From positions 30,884 through 94,883 of IMG/VR virus record IMGVR_UViG_3300037261_000012: a DNA stretch of 64,000 nucleotides; one strand, 5' to 3'. The notes beneath the pieces were generated by a model, which was given only the letters and a program-made list of their open reading frames with translations, was not told the DNA's origin and made no database searches. Positions within the stretch are counted from its first letter, which is position 1. Each line of letters begins with the position of its first letter. The stretch is from a virus. Below, piece by piece: positions 1 through 8,534 of this stretch. The position numbers and the translations under genes were made by a program.

Positions 1-192
1 TACGTTGGTGCAGGAGGGCATGATGCGGCGATATTTTTCGATTTCATGGACACAAGTAATTCTTATGGAAAGCAAGCTAAAGTTCTTCCAGGGGCTGCTA
101 CACCTGCTCCAGCCCCAAAACCTAATCCTGTTGCTGGGAACTTAGAAACTTGTCCTAAGTGCGGCCATACATTCATGGAAATACCTAAATAA
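1..192 (+). CDS. 3' end of a gene entering the window, with C-terminal Zn-ribbon (CPKCGHTF)
   Basis: Frame 1 is open from base 1 to TAA at 190-192; the CxxC tail resembles that of the ParB-like protein downstream. Confidence 0.6.
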   Translation, partial: YVGAGGHDAAIFFDFMDTSNSYGKQAKVLPGAATPAPAPKPNPVAGNLETCPKCGHTFMEIPK

Positions 193-407
193 TGGATTCA
201 GTGTACCTTGCTGGTAGGACGTTGAAGGTGCTCATGCATGATGCGTGGGTGCCAACTTTATGGACTCATCTGTGGAGTGGAGATCGTTTCCGCATGTATG
301 AGGGTGATAAGTTAATAGCCAGTGGGGTGGCAGAAAGCAATGCAACTGATTGCAAGCCAGCAGGAAATATGAGTTTCATAGCCACACTTGATAAGGTGCC
401 AATTTGA
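192..407 (+). CDS. hypothetical protein
   Basis: 71-aa ORF translationally coupled to both neighbours. Confidence 0.6.
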   Translation: MDSVYLAGRTLKVLMHDAWVPTLWTHLWSGDRFRMYEGDKLIASGVAESNATDCKPAGNMSFIATLDKVPI

Positions 408-865
408 ACATACTGATGAAAGACCCGCTGACGTTGATTCCTTTTCCAGCCAACAGCAAGGCACACACGGAAGAACAAATAACGGCGCTTGCTGAGACCA
501 TTAAGCACTTCAAGTTCGACCAGCCGGTAGTGGTGGATCAAAATCTCGTTATTATTAAGGGGCATGGGCGCACGCTTGCGGCGATAAAGCTTGGCATGAA
601 ATTCATCCCGGTGATAGTCAGCAACGTATCTGACGCGGAGGCCCGTCTTAATAGGGTCTTGGATAACCACCTGGTAAGCCAGGAGTACGATCCTCATAGC
701 TTGCGAGAAGACTTGCTGGATTTGAAATCTACCGGGCACTTGTCCTTGAGCCTGTTTGACGAGAAGATGATACCTGAGGTGTATACAGCGGTAAGTCGGG
801 TGGAAGCCACGTTATTCAGCTTGGTGACCAAACATAAGTGCTCCCAATGTACCTATAAATGGTGA
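404..865 (+). CDS. ParB/Srx-like N-terminal domain protein with C-terminal Zn ribbon
   Basis: NSKAH..EQI..LA..IK.F.FDQPVVVD..IIKGHGR..AA..LG...IPV...R..DN signature; CSQC tail. Confidence 0.9.
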   Translation: MNILMKDPLTLIPFPANSKAHTEEQITALAETIKHFKFDQPVVVDQNLVIIKGHGRTLAAIKLGMKFIPVIVSNVSDAEARLNRVLDNHLVSQEYDPHSLREDLLDLKSTGHLSLSLFDEKMIPEVYTAVSRVEATLFSLVTKHKCSQCTYKW

Positions 866-1722
866 TTAAAATTCCTATTTGGGGAACATTTTCAGTTGAA
901 GGCTCGCGCAAGGATAGGATTATGAGCACATTAATTTCGGTTGACACTGTGATCAGGAAGAACACTGGGTTTGACACCTGCCTGGGCATAAGTGAGTGCA
1001 ATCAATTGCAGGAACCAGAGTTGCTGGTGATCGAACCATTCTTCACTAACTTCAAGGCCGCCAACAACGATCAACTAGGGGCTATATTCAAGGTAGCTGC
1101 TGAATGTGCGGTTGCCGGAAAACCTATGCCGCGCACTATTGTTGTAAATATAAGCTACAGTAAGATAAATGCAGTAACTATCAAAGGATACCTGCTGGAT
1201 GTAGTGGAGCATTTTAAGGGTATGGGCTACAAGAACTTTACAAGCGTACATATCCCGTTTGAATCCTATGGCTGCCCGATGGTTGGTTCGGTGTTGAGCC
1301 TTATTTTTTGTAAAGATCGTATTGCATACCTGCCAGTGGCAAGGACTGTACTACCAGGAGCGGCCTTTGAAGGACTGCTTTATCACGCTATGGCAGGAAG
1401 AATGAGGGGGAGCGTCTATGCCGGAGCCGCCGACGTAAGCGGGTTCCTCAACAGTAACAGGTCATTCCTACCTGATCTAAGTGTCTGGGCAGAGGAGGGT
1501 TTGCGCGCCGAATATCGTAAGGACAACAGTAGTGTAAGTACTGTCTTTAAGGATGAGCATGTACATGAGCTATTTGGAGTAAGCTCGTACATGCACCCAC
1601 TTGATTTGCACTTGTGTACACCGCCGGTTATTCTTGCTACTTTTCTGAACAACTTAAAGCAATTGAATGACCTTACAGACACCATGAAAAAGGATGCTGC
1701 GGAAACAAATAGTCAAAAATAG
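859..1722 (+). CDS. degenerate C5-cytosine methyltransferase-like protein, probably non-catalytic
   Basis: Order and spacing of ELLVIEPFFTNF / DQLGAIF / PRTIVVNI / GY / SYGCPM resemble C5-MTase motifs IV-VIII, but the PC and ENV residues are absent. Confidence 0.4.
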   Translation: MVIKIPIWGTFSVEGSRKDRIMSTLISVDTVIRKNTGFDTCLGISECNQLQEPELLVIEPFFTNFKAANNDQLGAIFKVAAECAVAGKPMPRTIVVNISYSKINAVTIKGYLLDVVEHFKGMGYKNFTSVHIPFESYGCPMVGSVLSLIFCKDRIAYLPVARTVLPGAAFEGLLYHAMAGRMRGSVYAGAADVSGFLNSNRSFLPDLSVWAEEGLRAEYRKDNSSVSTVFKDEHVHELFGVSSYMHPLDLHLCTPPVILATFLNNLKQLNDLTDTMKKDAAETNSQK

Positions 1723-1763
1723 TTCAGAAAGTGCTTGACAGACTGGCCTGATTGTGGGAAACT
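1717..1763 (+). promoter_or_regulatory. early promoter repeat, copy 1
   Basis: AAATAGTTCAGAAAGTGC-TTGACA(1735)-17 bp-GAAACT. Confidence 0.85.
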
Positions 1764-1793
1764 TCAATCATACCGAACGCAATGGAGTGCGAG

Positions 1794-1928
1794 ATGAAAG
1801 CAGAATACGAAGATTACCTGCTGGAGATTCAAGGCCAAGAGCCTATGAGTTTTCAAGAGTATTGCCGCTGGGTGGTGATGTCAGTGGAATTCGAAATCCG
1901 ATCCAAACTTGCAAGGAGTGCAAAATGA
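1794..1928 (+). CDS. small hypothetical protein (44 aa, MKAEYEDY...)
   Basis: GGAGTG RBS directly after the promoter; stop overlaps the next ATG. Confidence 0.65.
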   Translation: MKAEYEDYLLEIQGQEPMSFQEYCRWVVMSVEFEIRSKLARSAK

Positions 1929-2197
1929 GCTTCAATGTTGTAATCCAGTTTAGCAAGCTAAGTCAGGAGGATAAAGAGACCTGCCGCGCAATGTTGGCTG
2001 GTGCCGTTCGTCACTACGCTGACACCCATTATGAAAAGGGTTGGGACATCGTGGTGGAGTGCTTTAGCGATCAGGACATCATCGCCGTAATCGGTGGTGC
2101 TCAGACAGTCAACGGTGCCCTTCGCAAGATGTACCAAGATCAGATCAAACCCCACAACGAAGCACGGCTCAGGCACGAAGCAGCCGCAGGAGTCTGA
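1925..2197 (+). CDS. hypothetical protein (MSFNVVIQ...)
   Basis: AAGGAGTG RBS; start moved from 1754, which lies inside the promoter. Confidence 0.75.
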   Translation: MSFNVVIQFSKLSQEDKETCRAMLAGAVRHYADTHYEKGWDIVVECFSDQDIIAVIGGAQTVNGALRKMYQDQIKPHNEARLRHEAAAGV

Positions 2198-2198
2198 G

Positions 2199-2465
2199 AT
2201 GATCAACACTGAAAAGCCTCTGATGAACGCGGAATTCATACAAGCTGTTTCACACGCCATCCACTCCGTATGGGGAGACATTGCACAAGATGCTTGGGAG
2301 TTGGGTGAAATGAATAATGCTGGTGCATTGGAGTTGGTGTTAGATGCAGACAGGTTGCAAACTGGTGGGTACAAAGAAGCTGCTGACCTGCTGGAGGCAG
2401 CATACAAAGCCTGGACGTACAAGACAGTGGCCAGGTACCTCAACCGTCAAATCAAGCTGGTGTGA
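2199..2465 (+). CDS. hypothetical protein (MINTEKPL...)
   Basis: AGGAG RBS, tight packing. Confidence 0.7.
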   Translation: MINTEKPLMNAEFIQAVSHAIHSVWGDIAQDAWELGEMNNAGALELVLDADRLQTGGYKEAADLLEAAYKAWTYKTVARYLNRQIKLV

Positions 2466-2647
2466 TGAAACCTAAATTCTACTGGGTAAAGTTTGATGAT
2501 GAGCTTACCTGGGCGGTTAAAGATGAAGAAGATAGTGTTTATCCATACCAAGTCATAGGCAGTGATGAAATCTTTGCTGAGCAAGAGATTGAAGTTCTTG
2601 CTGGTCCATTCACAGAAGAAGAAATAGCTAATTTAGTGAAGAAATAG
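2462..2647 (+). CDS. acidic hypothetical protein, paralogue of the frameshifted gene at 25737
   Basis: YWV...TW..KD.ED...P..VIGSDE.F...EVLAGPF shared by the two loci. Confidence 0.75.
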   Translation: MMKPKFYWVKFDDELTWAVKDEEDSVYPYQVIGSDEIFAEQEIEVLAGPFTEEEIANLVKK

Positions 2648-2680
2648 TGATAAATTTAGCAAATTTAGTGCTGCAAGTAC

Positions 2681-2709
2681 TTGACAGACTGTGCGTATTG
2701 TGGGATACT
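2681..2709 (+). promoter_or_regulatory. early promoter repeat, copy 2
   Basis: TTGACA-17-GATACT with the conserved ATTGTGG spacer end. Confidence 0.85.
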
Positions 2710-2745
2710 CCAATCATACCGAATCACATGACAAGGAGTGTCAAA

Positions 2746-2910
2746 ATGTGCCAAACAACCAAAGCCCCGCTGAAGCCCTACATAGCTATAGTGTATGGGA
2801 CTGTCCGGGGCATCCCCTTCGTGCGGTACGCCAAGACCCTGCAATCAATTGCCAGGATCGAGCGTACCTGCCGGTCAGTTGAAATCTTTCCAATGAGAAA
2901 GGCGGCGTGA
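2746..2910 (+). CDS. small hypothetical protein
   Basis: CAAGGAGTGTCAAAATG RBS/start unit, identical at 5145 and 8535. Confidence 0.7.
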   Translation: MCQTTKAPLKPYIAIVYGTVRGIPFVRYAKTLQSIARIERTCRSVEIFPMRKAA

Positions 2911-3176
2911 TGGCACTAAATACATTCAAGAGTTATGAAGATACCGCAGCGTCGGTGCGACTATATGGAGACAAGCAAGCTGGTGTTGCTCCAACCATTA
3001 AAATGCGTACGGGGTGGAGTAAAACTCTTGCTGTGATGACTGAGCAGGAGATGGCGGATTACCTGCGGTTGAAGAAAATCTGGTCAGTCAACGGAGCGAT
3101 CAAGCACTTCGAAAGCCAGGTGTCCCAACGGGCTGTCGGTAGTACCCCTGTCATTAAGCCATACAAGGTGGCGTAA
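2907..3176 (+). CDS. hypothetical protein
   Basis: Coupled ORF. Confidence 0.65.
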   Translation: MMALNTFKSYEDTAASVRLYGDKQAGVAPTIKMRTGWSKTLAVMTEQEMADYLRLKKIWSVNGAIKHFESQVSQRAVGSTPVIKPYKVA

Positions 3177-3364
3177 TGGACAACATTCTGAAAGTAAAGC
3201 TAACTGCCATTGGAGCTAACCAATGGAATGCATATTGGGAAGCCAAGTACGCTGGTGGTGAGCCTCACTGGAATTCAGTAACAGAAGGGTATGAGGTGAC
3301 TGCCAAGGAAAGCGTGCTTCTCAAAATCCTGGACACTCTGCAAGAAACCACGGTGCAACTATGA
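3176..3364 (+). CDS. hypothetical protein
   Basis: Coupled ORF. Confidence 0.65.
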   Translation: MDNILKVKLTAIGANQWNAYWEAKYAGGEPHWNSVTEGYEVTAKESVLLKILDTLQETTVQL

Positions 3365-3771
3365 AAGTAGGATTCACAGGGACACAGCATGGTATGACTG
3401 GAGAGCAGGCACTATTGTTGAATCAGTTGCTCCATCAGCTAAAGCCAACAGAATTCCATCATGGGTGTTGTGTAGGTGCTGATGAAGTAGCCAACAGGAT
3501 GGCCAACGCCTTTGACATACCTACCGTGGCTCATCCTCCGCTGAATGAGATCAAGATGGCCTTGAACTTGATTAACGTCACTACCCTGCCGCCGAAGGAA
3601 TACCTAGAGCGCAACATGGACATCGTTGATGCAACTGATTGCCTGATAGCCACACCCTGGACTACTCAAGAGGTACTGAGGTCAGGAACCTGGGCTACTG
3701 TCCGGTATGCCAGGCGCAAAGGCCGCACAATATACCTGTTATTTCCTCACGGTGAGGTACGAAAGGAGTAA
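3361..3771 (+). CDS. SLOG-superfamily (DprA/Smf/YspA-like Rossmann) protein
   Basis: GFTG, HGCCVGAD, RNMDIVD and SGTWATVRYA motifs. Confidence 0.8.
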   Translation: MKVGFTGTQHGMTGEQALLLNQLLHQLKPTEFHHGCCVGADEVANRMANAFDIPTVAHPPLNEIKMALNLINVTTLPPKEYLERNMDIVDATDCLIATPWTTQEVLRSGTWATVRYARRKGRTIYLLFPHGEVRKE

Positions 3772-3773
3772 CC

Positions 3774-4316
3774 ATGGAAGCACCTGAGTTTGTAGAATTT
3801 GCAAAGATTGCACGCCTTAGTCGCTTATGTGTAGTGACTGAGAAAATTGATGGCACCAATGCGAGTATCTTCATCGGAGAGGACGGTGGATTCCTGACAG
3901 GTAGCCGCACGCGCTGGATCACGCCCGAGGACGACAACTTTGGCTTCTCAAGATGGGCACATGAACATAAAGAAGAACTGCTTACCCTTGGGCCTGGGCA
4001 CCATTTTGGTGAGTGGTGGGGGCAAGGAATACAGAGAAAGTATGATTTGAAAGAAAAAAGATGGAGTCTGTTTAACACTAGCAAGTGGACTGATCCTGCG
4101 GTTCGTCCGGCTTGTTGCCATGTTGCCCCTGTACTAGCCTCTGGGTTGTTCTCTGCTTTTGATTGGAACGACTTGTTGGAAGGATTAAAGATAAATGGGA
4201 GTCTTGCGGCTCCTGGTTTTATGAAGCCAGAGGGTATTGTTATCTGGCATGAACATGCTAGAACGTACTTCAAGAAGACTATTGAGAAAGATCAAGAGGG
4301 CAAATCATGGAAGTAA
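3774..4316 (+). CDS. RNA ligase (stand-alone Rnl2-like nucleotidyltransferase domain)
   Basis: Motif I TEKIDGTN, FGEWWG, PEGIVI and FKK. Confidence 0.85.
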   Translation: MEAPEFVEFAKIARLSRLCVVTEKIDGTNASIFIGEDGGFLTGSRTRWITPEDDNFGFSRWAHEHKEELLTLGPGHHFGEWWGQGIQRKYDLKEKRWSLFNTSKWTDPAVRPACCHVAPVLASGLFSAFDWNDLLEGLKINGSLAAPGFMKPEGIVIWHEHARTYFKKTIEKDQEGKSWK

Positions 4317-4591
4317 ATAAACAAGGGCATATGATTGTCCTGGTGAATTCAGACAGTGGCGACAAACAGTATAGAGTGGACTTGACTGCCCAAAAATGTA
4401 GTTGCCCTGGGTGGATATTCAGTAAAAATTATCCGCGAAATTGCAAGCACCTTCGTAGACTGGGTTATAGTGATGAAGTGCTTCTTGAGCAACAAGAAGC
4501 CGCAGGTAAATACCCAAATCAAATAATCAACAAGCCGGAAGCCCAGCATTACACAAAGGAAGAACTGAAGGAGATTGCTGAAAAGCTATAA
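4307..4591 (+). CDS. SWIM zinc-finger protein
   Basis: YRVD..CSCP.W...CKH. Confidence 0.8.
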   Translation: MEVNKQGHMIVLVNSDSGDKQYRVDLTAQKCSCPGWIFSKNYPRNCKHLRRLGYSDEVLLEQQEAAGKYPNQIINKPEAQHYTKEELKEIAEKL

Positions 4592-4609
4592 GGAGGATTA
4601 TAATGGTGT

Positions 4610-4777
4610 ATGGACGAACTCCTACGCCAGTTAGATGTGAAAGCCAGGTTGTATGGAGACCTTAGCTTGGAGGCTCGCGCCGCCCTAAGAGTAAGAGAAT
4701 TAGAAAGCCAAGTAAGTAACCTTCTGGCCAGCAAGAACATGCGCAAGATAGACATGGCGGTTTTCAAACGTAAGTAA
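4610..4777 (+). CDS. small coiled-coil hypothetical protein (55 aa)
   Basis: AAGGAGG upstream; MDELLRQ...FKRK. Confidence 0.55.
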   Translation: MDELLRQLDVKARLYGDLSLEARAALRVRELESQVSNLLASKNMRKIDMAVFKRK

Positions 4778-5060
4778 CTGCAATCAATTGCAGTCCAAGG
4801 AGTAACATGCAACGCATTGAGTTGATAGATATAGTGCTATACACGGATATAGCATTATGTATTCTTATCTTAATTTCTTCAATTATTCAATGATGCTGTA
4901 CTACCCTTGTATTACCCATGTGTTTACAGGCAAAATCCAGCAGAAGGTTGGTGAGGCCATGACTCTTGCGGAGGCAACTCTCTTTCTTGTGAAACATTAT
5001 CACTGTAAGTGGGTTAATTGTGAAGCTATTCCACAACCAGTAAATCATGAATATTTTCAG

Positions 5061-5107
5061 AAATAGTTCAGAAAGTGCTTGACAGACTGCGCCGATTGCG
5101 GTAAATT
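5061..5107 (+). promoter_or_regulatory. early promoter repeat, copy 3
   Basis: AAATAGTTCAGAAAGTGC-TTGACA(5079)-17-TAAATT. Confidence 0.85.
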
Positions 5108-5144
5108 GTAGTCATAGATCGCAAATACGACAAGGAGTGTCAAA

Positions 5145-5336
5145 ATGTGTGAGTATACCGAATATGCTGACAACGAAGTAAAGGAAATGCGGGAAGATGA
5201 CTTTACTGCCGATAGCTTCACCAACCAGGATGAGGTGGACTTTCTGCAAGGAAAGAAAGTCCAGGTAGACTGCCACCAGACCATGGAACCATCAGAGGAA
5301 TATGAAACTCTGATGAAAGATTTGGAGTTCGCATGA
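5145..5336 (+). CDS. small, highly acidic protein
   Basis: Strong RBS behind a promoter; D/E-rich. Confidence 0.75.
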   Translation: MCEYTEYADNEVKEMREDDFTADSFTNQDEVDFLQGKKVQVDCHQTMEPSEEYETLMKDLEFA

Positions 5337-5536
5337 GCAAGCTCTCTGATCGTGCAGTTACTGCGATTGAGGCTGCCTTGGATCAATCCAAATACAGGTT
5401 CATACGGGAGGAAACAGCCGCTGTGGTGCTGGATGAGGCTACCGGAATCCATGTGGATTTCAACGAATTCCCAGGCATTATACAATCCTTGGGGTTCCGC
5501 TGCACGGATGGTTACGTGTGGGAAGACCCAGCATGA
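5333..5536 (+). CDS. hypothetical protein
   Basis: GGAG RBS, ATGA overlap. Confidence 0.7.
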   Translation: MSKLSDRAVTAIEAALDQSKYRFIREETAAVVLDEATGIHVDFNEFPGIIQSLGFRCTDGYVWEDPA

Positions 5537-5766
5537 GCTTCAGGGTGTGGGTGGTGTTCATGCCTGGTGTGCCCACCTTCAAAGGGGTAGGTTCGTGGAG
5601 GGTGATTTGCTGCCTTAAAGCCAAACCTGCAAGCCCTTACGCATGTGATGGAATACTGATAAGCTGTGGTGAACTGAGCTTTACTAGCAATAGTCCAGTA
5701 AAGCCAGGGCAGTGGTGCAACCCAGCCAAACTGGCCTTGGAATACCAAAGGACAAAACATGATTAG
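5533..5766 (+). CDS. hypothetical protein
   Basis: ATGA overlap with the preceding gene. Confidence 0.45.
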   Translation: MSFRVWVVFMPGVPTFKGVGSWRVICCLKAKPASPYACDGILISCGELSFTSNSPVKPGQWCNPAKLALEYQRTKHD

Positions 5767-6016
5767 CTGGTGGCAACATCTGAGTTTCTCTCAAGCTGGA
5801 TCACTGTTGATAATCCTGATCTTGGTTATTCTTACCGCCAGGTATGGCTGGAAGAAGGGTGGGGATGATTAAGCATCACGCAACTAGGGAACAAGTAGGC
5901 AACCTATTCATGGTGTTTGCCAAGCTCGTTGAAACGAAACATGAGGGGTATGCTTGTTCTTGTTGGAGTATGCCTGACTGGCTAATAACTATGTACTACA
6001 CAGCAAAGGAACCAGA

Positions 6017-6841
6017 ATGGACAAGAATGACGAGCTGGCGCTGAAGATTTACATTGAAATGAATTGCGACGGTACTATACCGTGGGAGCCAGATGGTGTT
6101 TATTGGTATCAAGAATTCGCCAGCCGCCTTCGCGCAGCGTGGCAGGGGGAGCCTCTGTTTGTTATCTTTGACGGGCCACCTAGCCATGAATCAGGACGTT
6201 TCATTGAAGTTGAAACGGAAGACGGTAAATCACGCAATGTTGGGCATTGGGAACTGTATCCGGGCCAGCCTGGATTATGGCGTCTTGGCCCACTCTACGC
6301 CGCCCCAACGGGCAACGAGTCCGCAACTCCGAAGGTGCCTGAACCCGCGAGGGAAGGGCCGGAGAGCTTCGCTCCGACGAATTCACCTTTGGATGCTGCG
6401 GCCACGCCGAGCCAGCCTGTTCTCGATAATCCTTGGCCGCTTGATATTGACGGTGAGCGATATACTCCTGCGCCCGAGACTGCGGCTACGGATGACTATG
6501 AAGATATTGCGAGGTTGATGGAACGCCGAAACTGCGCGATCTGGGCGAAGATGCTGCGCGAATTGGTATCTGTTCTTGCAGCAGCAGCCAAGGAGATAGC
6601 CGAACTCCGCGCCGCGACTCCTGCGGCAGCGAAACTGGAGGAGTGGTCTAGGCAAGTTCGCATCACAATTCGCGGCATTGATGGCCAAGCTGAAATGTTA
6701 GTTGGGCCGCCGCCGCTTTCAAACTGGAAAGCGGAAGAAATCGTTGTTGGGTACAAACTCAATACAGGGCTATGGCATCGGCTGCTTGGATTGCTCGCGT
6801 GCTGTCCGGTAAGCGAAGGTGCCGACACCTGGCGCATGTAA
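6017..6841 (+). CDS. hypothetical protein; GC-richer, mosaic-looking phage accessory gene
   Basis: 274-aa ORF with AAGGA RBS; FDGPPSHESGRFIEVE segment. Confidence 0.7.
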   Translation: MDKNDELALKIYIEMNCDGTIPWEPDGVYWYQEFASRLRAAWQGEPLFVIFDGPPSHESGRFIEVETEDGKSRNVGHWELYPGQPGLWRLGPLYAAPTGNESATPKVPEPAREGPESFAPTNSPLDAAATPSQPVLDNPWPLDIDGERYTPAPETAATDDYEDIARLMERRNCAIWAKMLRELVSVLAAAAKEIAELRAATPAAAKLEEWSRQVRITIRGIDGQAEMLVGPPPLSNWKAEEIVVGYKLNTGLWHRLLGLLACCPVSEGADTWRM

Positions 6842-6926
6842 AACGTTAACCACAACTTAAGCGCCATAAACGGCAACCATCACATGCGGATTAGGTTACG
6901 CCCTTAGGCTCTTATGGCCTTTTAAT

Positions 6927-6955
6927 TTGTACGGTAGATTGTAGGAGAGTAATCT
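6927..6955 (+). promoter_or_regulatory. class II (GGTAG) promoter
   Basis: TTGTAC-GGTAG-12-TAATCT. Confidence 0.5.
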
Positions 6956-6977
6956 GTATTCTCACCTGGAGAATACC

Positions 6978-7166
6978 ATGGATGTCTTAATGCTTATATT
7001 TGCAATGAGTTTTTTTGGGGAATCAGCAATGATGGCCGTTCAGTTTCCAACCATGGAAAAGTGTGAAGCAGCCATAGGGGGAGTACTACAAGGGTTTGCT
7101 GATGACAACAATGCTAAACTTTTTCAAGCAGTATGTGTGAAACCAATTGCTGGGAAAGCAGCGTAA
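6978..7166 (+). CDS. small hypothetical protein (F...E.C..A...C type)
   Basis: GGAG RBS, hydrophobic N-terminus. Confidence 0.7.
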   Translation: MDVLMLIFAMSFFGESAMMAVQFPTMEKCEAAIGGVLQGFADDNNAKLFQAVCVKPIAGKAA

Positions 7167-7237
7167 GCCCAGAGAAATGGTGGGTTGGTGTTAGGAAAGA
7201 ACATAATGAGTTCTGGAGTTTTATTTGCCGAAAGTCC

Positions 7238-7266
7238 TTGACAGACTCGCCAAATTGTGGGAAACT
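7238..7266 (+). promoter_or_regulatory. early promoter repeat, copy 4, with the palindrome over the predicted start site
   Basis: TTGACA-17-GAAACT followed at 7268 by GGCAATCAATTGCA. Confidence 0.85.
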
Positions 7267-7301
7267 TGGCAATCAATTGCAGTCAAGCAAAGGAGTGCAG
7301 T

Positions 7302-7504
7302 ATGTTGACATATGGACATCCAAACTCTAAGATCAGTTTACCTGCTTTGCCTGAGGTCAGGCTTGGTATTTCCCACTGACTACCAACAAGGTAGAGGCAG
7401 AGATTCATATACAAGAAACTGGGGAAGAAATCGCTGTAGGCTCTGGAGACACAGTAGCAGAAGCCATGGCCGAATGCTTGAAGATGTTGGAGCAGCCAGC
7501 GTGA
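7302..7504 (+). pseudogene. small gene with an apparent 1-bp frameshift
   Basis: AAGGAGTG RBS; MLTYGH..LGIS continues as PLTTNKVEAE..EQPA if one C is added to the CCC run near 7373. Confidence 0.5.
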
Positions 7505-7734
7505 AACAGCTTGAAATCAGCGACCAACCTGATGGTTTCCTACACTCGGTGTACCATGTGGAGAATGAGGAGGAGGTGCAGTTGCTGATGAAGCAAGCAC
7601 GCTCCAATGGCCTTAGTGGGTTCCAGGTGTTTGACAAGATTGATATACCAGAAACTGATCCAGGTTGGCGCGAGACCCCAATATACCCGGCTTTGCTGGC
7701 TAAACACCGTGAAGAAGTACTGAGGAAACCATGA
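7501..7734 (+). CDS. hypothetical protein (MKQLEISD...)
   Basis: GGAG RBS, GTGA overlap. Confidence 0.6.
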   Translation: MKQLEISDQPDGFLHSVYHVENEEEVQLLMKQARSNGLSGFQVFDKIDIPETDPGWRETPIYPALLAKHREEVLRKP

Positions 7735-7865
7735 GCATCACCATACCAGGGTCTGTTTATACAGGCCCGCACTCACCAGCAGAGACAGCCAGACCGTTGT
7801 CTCCCAAGCAACAAGATGGTGTCGTAGAGTACGAAAGTTGGTTAAATTTATTGCAAATAATGACG

Positions 7866-7912
7866 AAATAGTTCAGAAAGTACTTGACAAACTGCGCCGA
7901 TTGCGGTAAATT
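7866..7912 (+). promoter_or_regulatory. early promoter repeat, copy 5 (insertion target)
   Basis: TTGACA(7884)-17-TAAATT; near-identical to the 5061 copy. Confidence 0.85.
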
Positions 7913-7913
7913 G

Positions 7914-8342
7914 GGGAATTACATACTTAACTCCCTCTGACCAAGAGGGACAACTGGAGAACAACGATGAGCAAGCAACTGACGTTCGATGAGTTTCGCG
8001 CTGCCAACGTGGCGCGCTGCCTCAAGTGGAATCCACAAGGGATTGAATCGTGGTCGCCGTCCGACTGGCTTACAGCCGTTACTGGCGAGCTTGGCGAACT
8101 GGCCTCGCTGTTGAAGATGCGCAACCGTGAACGAGACGGCCTTCCCGGTAACAAATTCAGCCCAACCGACAAGCAAGTAGCTGACGAGATAGCAGATGTG
8201 CTCACCTATCTCGACCTGCTGGCCGCTGCGCTGGGCGTTGACTTGGGTTTCGCTGCGGCACAGAAATTTAACGAGGTAAGTGAGCGTGTAGGGTTCCCCG
8301 ACCGCATCGAAATGGCGTGAGGGAGTTATGTATATAAGTCCC
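7914..8342. mobile_element. non-autonomous IS1595-like insertion cassette carrying mazG
   Basis: 24-bp terminal inverted repeats (7914-7937 / 8319-8342, 3 mismatches); 8-bp direct repeat GTAAATTG at 7906-7913 and 8343-8350; no transposase. Confidence 0.85.
7967..8320 (+). CDS. mazG: MazG-like nucleoside triphosphate pyrophosphohydrolase
   Basis: GELGELA...DEIADV acidic metal-binding motifs. Confidence 0.85.
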   Translation: MSKQLTFDEFRAANVARCLKWNPQGIESWSPSDWLTAVTGELGELASLLKMRNRERDGLPGNKFSPTDKQVADEIADVLTYLDLLAAALGVDLGFAAAQKFNEVSERVGFPDRIEMA

Positions 8343-8374
8343 GTAAATTGTAGTCATAACGGAGAAACCAGGTG

Positions 8375-8431
8375 TATTCGCCTACCAATTTAGGCATTAA
8401 CGGACTTAACGCCTAATTTGGTAGGCGAATA
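8375..8431. repeat. 26-bp inverted repeat with a 5-nt loop
   Basis: TATTCGCCTACCAATTTAGGCATTAA-cggac-TTAACGCCTAATTTGGTAGGCGAATA, 2 mismatches. Confidence 0.9.
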
Positions 8432-8437
8432 ATGATG

Positions 8438-8484
8438 AAATAGTTCAGAAAGTACTTGACAGATTCACTGGATTGTGGGAAACT
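8438..8484 (+). promoter_or_regulatory. early promoter repeat, copy 6
   Basis: AAATAGTTCAGAAAGTAC-TTGACA(8456)-17-GAAACT. Confidence 0.85.
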
Positions 8485-8534
8485 CTAGTCATAGGTTGAA
8501 GATCAGAAGTTAAACCCAGACAAGGAGTGTCAAA

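Noticed and set aside
6017-6900. Second insertion cassette around the GC-rich 274-aa gene
   Set aside because: No terminal inverted repeats, target duplication or convincing attC structure found by eye
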